From: an uncultured Candidatus Berkelbacteria bacterium | Lineage (GTDB): Bacteria > Patescibacteriota > UBA1384 > CAILIB01 | Assembly (NCBI GenBank): GCA_903834195.1 | Contig: CAILIB010000015.1 | Span: 1 to 51,145, forward strand | Direction of reading: 5' to 3' | DNA length: 51,145 bases | In this document: in pieces, positions 44,254 through 51,145 of the stretch | How the letters are laid out: every line of letters begins with the position of its first letter | Position numbering within the stretch: position 1 is the stretch's first letter | The notes under the pieces: generated by a model | Database searches by the model: none | Seen by the model: the letters and a program-made list of their open reading frames with translations, nothing else | Told to the model about the DNA's origin: nothing | Position numbers and translations under genes: made by a program

Positions 44254-45735
44254 ATGTATCGGTTCGACGACCTTGACCCATTCGAGTCTCGTCGCGCCAA
44301 GCTTAATACCTGGTATGAGCTTGGTGTAAACCCGTACCCCGCTGAAACGCCCTCGCACAGCACTGTGATCGATACGCGTACCAGTGGAAATCACTTGGCA
44401 ATAGATGGTCGCCTCGAAGAAGGGGTTGCTGTGGCTGGTCGCATTCGTGCGATGCGTGGCCAGGGCGCCCTCTTTTTTGTGGATGTTCAAGATGAAACTG
44501 GTAAAGTTCAGGTTCTTTTCAAAAAGGATCTCATAAGTGAAGAGTTATTCGATCGGCTTGCACTGCTTGATTTAGGAGATTTTATTTGGGTTTCGGGTGA
44601 GTTATTCGTGACTCGTCGTGGAGAACTTACAGTCGAGGTTAAAAACTGGCAAATCTTGAGTAAAACATTGCGTCCACTGCCGGATGCCTGGGATGGGTTA
44701 CAAGACCTAGATCTACGCCAGCGTCAGCGATATGTGGATCTCTTGGTAAACGATGGGGTGAAGGAACGATTCTTAACTCGTTCTAAAATGGTTGCCGCTA
44801 CCCGTCAGTTTATGGCGCAGAAGGGCTTTGTTGAGGTTGAAACGCCGGTTCTTGAGCATACGCCGGGTGGAGCCGATGCTGAGCCGTTTATGACCCATTA
44901 CAACGCTCTGGACACAGACTTCTTTCTCCGTATTTCACTTGAACTTCACTTGAAGCGGTTGGTTGTAGGTGGGTTTGAGAAGGTTTTTGAGATTGGCCGT
45001 GTGTTTCGTAACGAAGGAATGAGCCCACAACATCTTCAAGAGTTTTCAATGTTTGAATTCTATTGGGCGTTTGCTTCATACCGAGAACTGACGCCATTTA
45101 TAGAAGAATTGTATTCACACATCATTATGGAGTGCTTTGGTTCACTTCAGATTGAACGTGGTGATAAAGTGCTCGACTTTACAACGCCATGGCCGCGAGT
45201 TTCCTATGTTGAATTACTCAAGCAGTATGCAGGCGTTGATCTGATGACGGTTTCGGACGAAGAATTACTTGAGCACACGAAAAAGCACAATCCTGAAGCC
45301 GATGCTTCTCTCGGGCGTGGTCGCTTGATGGACATGCTCTACAAAAAGACAGTGCGTCCATACCTGATCCAGCCTCAATTTGTGATTGATGTGCCGGTTG
45401 AATTTTCACCACTGGCTAAGCGAAAAGCTGACGAACCTCGGCTTACCGAGCGTATCTTGCCACTTGTGGATGGAATTGAACTTGGTAATGGCTGGTCAGA
45501 ACTCAATGATCCGATTGATCAGCGTAACCGCTTTGAAGAGCAAGAAAAGCTGCGTCTTGAAGGTGATCCTGAAGCACAGCGCATGGACCACGACTTTTTG
45601 CGTGCTATGGAGTACGGCATGCCACCAATTACTGGTTTTGGCGTGAGCATTGATCGCTTAATGGCTGTATTTGCAGGTTTGGATTCAGTCCGTGAGACTG
45701 TGCTTTTCCCAACCATGCGTCCTGAGAAGGAGTAA
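44254..45735 (+). CDS. lysS: Lysine--tRNA ligase (class II)
   Basis: OB fold 'VAGRI..MRGQG', 'RQRYVDL', 'LRISLELHLKRL', 'FRNEG', 'EYGMPPITGFGVSIDRL'. Confidence 0.97.
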   Translation: MYRFDDLDPFESRRAKLNTWYELGVNPYPAETPSHSTVIDTRTSGNHLAIDGRLEEGVAVAGRIRAMRGQGALFFVDVQDETGKVQVLFKKDLISEELFDRLALLDLGDFIWVSGELFVTRRGELTVEVKNWQILSKTLRPLPDAWDGLQDLDLRQRQRYVDLLVNDGVKERFLTRSKMVAATRQFMAQKGFVEVETPVLEHTPGGADAEPFMTHYNALDTDFFLRISLELHLKRLVVGGFEKVFEIGRVFRNEGMSPQHLQEFSMFEFYWAFASYRELTPFIEELYSHIIMECFGSLQIERGDKVLDFTTPWPRVSYVELLKQYAGVDLMTVSDEELLEHTKKHNPEADASLGRGRLMDMLYKKTVRPYLIQPQFVIDVPVEFSPLAKRKADEPRLTERILPLVDGIELGNGWSELNDPIDQRNRFEEQEKLRLEGDPEAQRMDHDFLRAMEYGMPPITGFGVSIDRLMAVFAGLDSVRETVLFPTMRPEKE

Positions 45736-46027
45736 AAAAAGAAGCCTTTTGCGCTGGTGGCGCTCAGGCTAGTTGTTGAGCAAAAATAGCTCATTTGTTT
45801 ATGCTGGAAGAATAAAGTTGCAGCTCTATTTCTTCCGGGGTGGGCTTATTTATTCCCAGAAATTCGTAGTACAAGCATGTAATGTTGTACAAAGTTTCGC
45901 CAACCGCAGTCAGAAAACGTTCAACCATCTGTAGTGTGTCCTCCCGTTCGGGTAAATATAGCAGGAGTATATAAAAAGTCTAGAAAAATGGCGTGACAAC
46001 CAGGTTTAAATCTGCCAGTATATCTGT

Positions 46028-47311
46028 ATGTTAGATATCAAATTGATCCGAGAAAACCCTGAATTAGTCCGTGACGGAATGCGTCGCAAGTGCGTTGATC
46101 CGCAGGTGGTTGATAATGTTCTCAAATTAGATGAAGAGCGTCGTGAGCTGCGTAAACAGACAGAAGCAGAGCAGGCACGCTTGAATGAGTCATCTCAGAA
46201 GATGGCAACAGCATCTCCAGAAGAGCGCGAAACACTTCGGGCTGATTTACGTACACTATCGGATGGTATTCAAGACAAAAACAATAAGTTAGGTGAGTTG
46301 GATGAGCGTTTTCTCGTTTTGATGCGCATTATTCCAAATATTCCAGATGCTGACGTTCCAGATGGTAAAACAGATAAGGAGAACGTAGTTATTCGCACAG
46401 AAGGAGTAAAGCGTGAATTTGGGTTTACACCGAAGGATCACGAGGAATTGGCACAAGCTCTCGATTTGCTTGATATGGAACGGGGAGTGAAAGTTTCAGG
46501 AGCAAAGTTTTATTACTTGAAAAATCAACTTGTTATTCTAGAAAACGCAGTGTTACGTTTCGCACTCGATGTACTACGTGGAAAAGGATTTACTCTGATG
46601 ACAGTGCCTAATATGGCGAGGGCCGATGCATTCTATGGCGCAGGTCACTTTTCGACGCCAGAAGATGCCGAAGACGGTGATGCCTACAGGTTAGAGCGTG
46701 ATAACCTATATCTTGTTGGTACGGCTGAAGTTGGGTTGGTTAACTACCATGCCGACGAAACATTGAAAGAAGGTGATTTACCTTTGCGCTACGCAGGAAT
46801 TTCACCATGTTACCGTCGTGAAGCTGGTACATATGGGAAAGAGACTCGTGGATTATATCGAGTACATCAGTTCAATAAGGTTGAAATGGTAACCCTTGTG
46901 CGTCCAGAAGACTCAGTTCGAGAGCACTCGATGTTACTAGCTGTTGCTGAAGAATTACTTACAAAGCTTGGGCTACATTATCAGGTAGTTCTAAACTGTG
47001 CCGGTGATTTAGGTCAGCCACAATCAAAGAAGTGGGATATTGAAACCTGGATGCCTGGTATGGGCAAATATGGTGAAACTCATTCATGTTCAAATGACAC
47101 CGATTATCAGGCTCGTACATTGAATATAAAGTACCGAGTGAATGCTCAGGAAAAAGCAACGGCGTATGTGCATACACTCAATAATACTGCGCTGGCTTCT
47201 CCGCGTATTCTGATTGCATTACTCGAGAATTATCAGGAAGAAGATGGTAGTATCACAATTCCAGAAGTTCTTCGTCCGTATACTGGATTTGATCGAATTT
47301 CCCGAGCATAA
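46028..47311 (+). CDS. serS: Serine--tRNA ligase
   Basis: 'MLDIKLIRENP', 'GTAEV', 'YRREAG', 'GLYRVHQFNKVE', 'SCSNDTDYQAR', 'HTLNNTA'. Confidence 0.98.
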   Translation: MLDIKLIRENPELVRDGMRRKCVDPQVVDNVLKLDEERRELRKQTEAEQARLNESSQKMATASPEERETLRADLRTLSDGIQDKNNKLGELDERFLVLMRIIPNIPDADVPDGKTDKENVVIRTEGVKREFGFTPKDHEELAQALDLLDMERGVKVSGAKFYYLKNQLVILENAVLRFALDVLRGKGFTLMTVPNMARADAFYGAGHFSTPEDAEDGDAYRLERDNLYLVGTAEVGLVNYHADETLKEGDLPLRYAGISPCYRREAGTYGKETRGLYRVHQFNKVEMVTLVRPEDSVREHSMLLAVAEELLTKLGLHYQVVLNCAGDLGQPQSKKWDIETWMPGMGKYGETHSCSNDTDYQARTLNIKYRVNAQEKATAYVHTLNNTALASPRILIALLENYQEEDGSITIPEVLRPYTGFDRISRA

Positions 47312-47418
47312 GGCATAATGTACTATTCTCATTTTCAGAGACGCTAGACTAGTCTAGGCGTTTATTTTCGGTTGGTGTACGGTATGTGCACGCGCGTACT
47401 TTATCCGTAATTACTCCT

Positions 47419-48510
47419 ATGAAACTACGAGTTATTCTTTGTTGTGCACTTGTATTAGTACCTAGTTTTGCACATGCGAAAACCGCTACTACTATCTGGA
47501 GGGCTAAGCCGCCTTTTCACATTGTTCCAGCTGCAACTGGTGCTGGGTATTCTCCTTCTGATATTCGGAATGCCTACGGGATTCCTGGTTCATATTCTGG
47601 AGTGGCAACTAAAATTGCCATTGTTGATGCGTACGTGCCAAATCAGATTAAACATGATCTTGATGTATTCAGTTCAGCGTTTAAACTCCCAGCTATGGCA
47701 AGCGGATGTAGTGTTACGACCGGTCCACACCCGTGCCTACAAGTGGTAGGAGGTTCAAATAGTATTATTGACGCTGGCTGGGCAACTGAAGCTGATCTTG
47801 ATGTTGAATGGGCTCATGCAATTGCTCCACAGGCAGATATTGTAGTGGTTTCGGCTACGAGTGATTCGTTAAATGACTTAATGGCAGCTGTAGATAAAGC
47901 TACAGTACTCTCACCAAATGTTGTTTCACTAAGTTGGGGCGGGAATGAGTTCTCTGGTGAAACTGCACTCGCAAGTCATTTTAATAATCCAACCATTACC
48001 TACGTTGCTTCGTCTGGAGATAGTGGAACAGGAACGTCTTTTCCAGCGGTGATACCTTCAGTATTAAGTGTTGGTGGAACTTCCTTGCATGTAAGTGGTC
48101 GCACTATTACAGAGGTGGCTTGGAAAGGGTCGGGAGGAGGGATAAGCAAGTATTTTGCAAAACCTACTTACCAAAATGGATTTGTAATCGGAACTAAACG
48201 TGCAGTTCCGGATGTCTCATATAACGCTGATCCTGCAACAGGGTATCGAGTGTACTCATCAAAGCAAGGTTGGATTGAGGTAGGGGGAACAAGTGCTGGT
48301 GCTCCACAATGGGCTGCACTTATCGCTGGAATTTCCTCACAGAATCGGTCTAGGGCCGTCTCAAATCTGTACTTCAAAGTATCGTTGTTTAGAGATATAA
48401 TTTCGGGCAAAAACGGTAGTTGTGCACAGTTTTGTGTAGCACGGGATGGGTTTGATACAGTCACAGGGTTGGGTTCACCAAAAGCATCACTCATATCAAC
48501 GCTATTTTAA
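47419..48510 (+). CDS. Secreted S53 (sedolisin/kumamolisin-like) peptidase
   Basis: Signal peptide; 'EADLDVE', 'SSGDSG', 'GGTSAGAP', Ca-site 'DIISGKNG...GFDTVTGLGSP'. Confidence 0.9.
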   Translation: MKLRVILCCALVLVPSFAHAKTATTIWRAKPPFHIVPAATGAGYSPSDIRNAYGIPGSYSGVATKIAIVDAYVPNQIKHDLDVFSSAFKLPAMASGCSVTTGPHPCLQVVGGSNSIIDAGWATEADLDVEWAHAIAPQADIVVVSATSDSLNDLMAAVDKATVLSPNVVSLSWGGNEFSGETALASHFNNPTITYVASSGDSGTGTSFPAVIPSVLSVGGTSLHVSGRTITEVAWKGSGGGISKYFAKPTYQNGFVIGTKRAVPDVSYNADPATGYRVYSSKQGWIEVGGTSAGAPQWAALIAGISSQNRSRAVSNLYFKVSLFRDIISGKNGSCAQFCVARDGFDTVTGLGSPKASLISTLF

Positions 48511-48587
48511 CTCTGCTCAACCTTCCTATTTCAGGATATAGTCGCTATAGTGAACCCTGCATATATAGACAATAGAATCTACTTTCC

Positions 48588-51134
48588 ATGAGTGTACTCG
48601 AACGGTTATTCAATGATGTGAGCGGACAGTTCCTCAGGCGCCAGAAACGGACGCTCGAAAAAGTAGGCTCATTTGAAGAAGGTGTTAAAGAGCTTTCTGA
48701 TACTCAGTTGGCAGCACGTGCTGCAGAATTACGAAGTGCAATTCAGACTAAAGCTGCAGATCAAAGTCATGATCCATTAGCAATGTTAGAAATTGCTGAT
48801 CGTGTACGTGAGAAAAAGGAAATCAACGCAATTTTGGATGAGTTTCTTCCAGAGGTGTACGCACTGGTACGAGAAGCAGGGCGTCGTACTGTAAATCAAC
48901 GGCACTTTGACGTTCAAATTCTCGGTGGTATTGCGTTGCATCAGGGAAGCATTGCAGAAATGCGTACTGGTGAAGGAAAAACCTTGGTTGCTACGCTTCC
49001 ACTTTCACTTAATGCAATGCTTGGCCGCGGCGCACATCTTGTCACAGTGAACGATTATTTGGCACGTCGTGATGCAACAACGTACGCACCAATTTATCAG
49101 TTGCTTGGGCTGAGTGTTGGTGTAATTAATCACGATGCCTCTTTCCGTTACCACGAAGGTGAGATGGTCTCAGTGACTCGTCAAGAAGCCTATGCCTGTG
49201 ATATTACCTATGGCACAAACAATGAGTTCGGTTTTGATTACCTGCGTGACAACATGGTGCAAGATGCATCTCAGCTTGTGCAGAGAGAACAGTTCTTCGC
49301 AATTGTGGATGAGGTAGACTCAATCCTGATTGATGAGGCTCGTACTCCGCTTATTATTTCTGGCCCAGCTGAAGAATCTGCTGATCAGTATGTTCAGTTT
49401 GCTAAGTTAGTGCCGCGTCTTAAACTTGAGAAAGATTACACAGTTGATGAAAAAGATCGTGTAGTAAGTCTTACTCAAGATGGTATTACTAAAATGGAAC
49501 AGTTGCTCGGTGTAGAAAACATCTACGGAGAAGAAGTTCAGCTTGCATACCATCTTGAAGAGGCGCTAAAAGCTAATATCCTTTTCCGTCGAGATAAAGA
49601 TTACATCGTTCAAGAAGGAGAAGTTGTTATTGTTGATGAACATACTGGTCGTCTTATGCCAGGTCGCCGTTATTCTGAAGGGTTGCACCAAGCAATTGAG
49701 GCAAAAGAAGGTGTGCGTGTTCAGCGTGAGAACAATACATTAGGAACAATTTCATTCCAGAATTTATTCCGTATGTATACCAAGTTAGCTGGTATGACTG
49801 GTACTGCGGCAACAGAAGCTGAAGAGTTCATTAAAATTTACGGGCTTGAAGTAATTACTATTCCGACCAATCAAGAGATGGTTCGTAAAGATTTTCCTGA
49901 TCGTATCTACAAAACTGAGGAAGGTAAGTACAAGGCAGTAATTAAGGATATTAAAGAACTGAACGCAGCCGGCCGACCTATCTTAATTGGTACTATTTCT
50001 GTTGAGAAGAATGAGTATCTTGCTGAACTACTGAAGCGTAGTGGGGTAAAGCATGAAGTATTAAATGCAAAGAATAACGAACGTGAAGCTGCAATTATTG
50101 CTCAAGCAGGGCGTAAAGGAGCGGTAACACTTGCAACTAACATTGCCGGTCGTGGAACTGACATTATTCTTGGTGGTGTAATGCCAAAGCGTGATGCATT
50201 CGAGAAAGAAGTTGAATTTAAAAAGGCTCTTGAAACTTGGCAAGCAAACCATGATGAAGTAGTAAAACTTGGTGGGCTTCACGTTTTAGGAACAGAGCGA
50301 CATGAGTCACGTCGTATTGATAATCAGTTACGTGGTCGTGCAGGACGCCAAGGTGATCCAGGCTCCTCACAGTTCTACGTTTCAACTGAAGATGATCTAA
50401 TGCGCATCTTTGGTGGCGACCGAATGAAAAACTGGCTAACTGTAATGGGCGTGCCAGAGGATGAACCAATTGAGCATAGTATGCTTTCAAAATCGATTGC
50501 TGCAGCGCAGAAGCGTGTTGAAGGATATAACTTTGATGCTCGTAAGCATGTGGTTCAATTTGACGATGTTCTAAACCGTCATCGTGAGGTTATTTACCGA
50601 CGTCGTCGTAAAATGCTCATTAAGCCAGAGGACATTACTGAAATAGAAGAAGCAATTACTGAAGCTCTTCATCATGAAGCGCGCCACCTTACAGGTCTGC
50701 ACACTACTGGATACCACACAGAGTGGAATGTAGAACGACTTACGCGTGATTTAGCTGCGCTTGTTGGCATGACCGAAGCTGTACGGGTAGAGCTTCAAAC
50801 AGAACTCACGAGTTACATAAGTGATAGTGGTGTTGAAGATCGTGTTAAAGAAGTTCTTGAGGAAGCATATGCTGCCAAGAAAAAAGAATTTGAATCAGTG
50901 TACCCATATATGCTCCGTGCAATCTACCTAGGAACTATTGACATGCTTTGGGTAGAGCACCTTACCACTATGCAAGAACTTCGAGGAAGTGTTGGTCTTA
51001 AAGCATATGCCCAAGCAGATCCTCTTGTAGTGTATAAGTCAGAGGGGTATCGTCTATTTCAACAGTTAATTACAAGTGTAGATTTACAGACAGCCAGAAC
51101 AGTTCTACGAGTGCAAAACGTGCAGACTGCCTGA
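48588..51134 (+). CDS. secA: Preprotein translocase ATPase SecA
   Basis: 'EMRTGEGKT', 'VTVNDYLA', 'DEVDSILIDEARTPLIISG', 'GRAGRQGDPG', 'DPLVVYKSEG'. Confidence 0.98.
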   Translation: MSVLERLFNDVSGQFLRRQKRTLEKVGSFEEGVKELSDTQLAARAAELRSAIQTKAADQSHDPLAMLEIADRVREKKEINAILDEFLPEVYALVREAGRRTVNQRHFDVQILGGIALHQGSIAEMRTGEGKTLVATLPLSLNAMLGRGAHLVTVNDYLARRDATTYAPIYQLLGLSVGVINHDASFRYHEGEMVSVTRQEAYACDITYGTNNEFGFDYLRDNMVQDASQLVQREQFFAIVDEVDSILIDEARTPLIISGPAEESADQYVQFAKLVPRLKLEKDYTVDEKDRVVSLTQDGITKMEQLLGVENIYGEEVQLAYHLEEALKANILFRRDKDYIVQEGEVVIVDEHTGRLMPGRRYSEGLHQAIEAKEGVRVQRENNTLGTISFQNLFRMYTKLAGMTGTAATEAEEFIKIYGLEVITIPTNQEMVRKDFPDRIYKTEEGKYKAVIKDIKELNAAGRPILIGTISVEKNEYLAELLKRSGVKHEVLNAKNNEREAAIIAQAGRKGAVTLATNIAGRGTDIILGGVMPKRDAFEKEVEFKKALETWQANHDEVVKLGGLHVLGTERHESRRIDNQLRGRAGRQGDPGSSQFYVSTEDDLMRIFGGDRMKNWLTVMGVPEDEPIEHSMLSKSIAAAQKRVEGYNFDARKHVVQFDDVLNRHREVIYRRRRKMLIKPEDITEIEEAITEALHHEARHLTGLHTTGYHTEWNVERLTRDLAALVGMTEAVRVELQTELTSYISDSGVEDRVKEVLEEAYAAKKKEFESVYPYMLRAIYLGTIDMLWVEHLTTMQELRGSVGLKAYAQADPLVVYKSEGYRLFQQLITSVDLQTARTVLRVQNVQTA

Positions 51135-51145
51135 GTATGTCCTAT

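Noticed and set aside
45736-46027. T-box riboswitch upstream of serS
   Set aside because: No T-box consensus (AAnnnGGGTGGnACC) or terminator/antiterminator was found, and a -10-like element lies just before the ATG.

Overview
Bacterial chromosomal window spanning the replication origin of what looks like a Patescibacteria (CPR) genome. The lineage is inferred from the short AlaRS, the ftsA-like/baseplate-J-like/yqgF/mltG block, scarce SD motifs and a VirB4-like cluster. Left (1-13519): end of a VirB4-like ATPase gene followed by a co-directional operon of exported proteins and a PilB/GspE ATPase. The exported proteins include a DPBB+C39-like protein, a PEGA/beta-propeller protein, an apparently catalytically dead NlpC/P60 protein and a 2390-aa repeat protein that seems to carry a split M15-like Zn-peptidase motif set. 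Middle (13550-19906): accessory region at the 3' end of tRNA-Ser(CGA) with a lipoprotein, an RHH-PIN toxin-antitoxin pair, an HExxH protein and an integrase-free tandem array of small units bounded by a repeated (T/A)GGCGGA core. The array has conserved unit ends, a start-less codon-conserved mini-frame, tRNA 3'-fragment copies with a 97-bp T-loop insertion and a decayed DGR-like gene. Right (19937-51134): housekeeping genes yidC-yidD-rnpA-rpmH, dnaA-oriC-dnaN-recF, M3 peptidase, Phd-RelE TA, rnj, udg, the mreBCD-PBP2 block, histidine kinase, alaS, greA, lysS, serS, S53 peptidase and secA. All calls come from reading the sequence; no database search was run.
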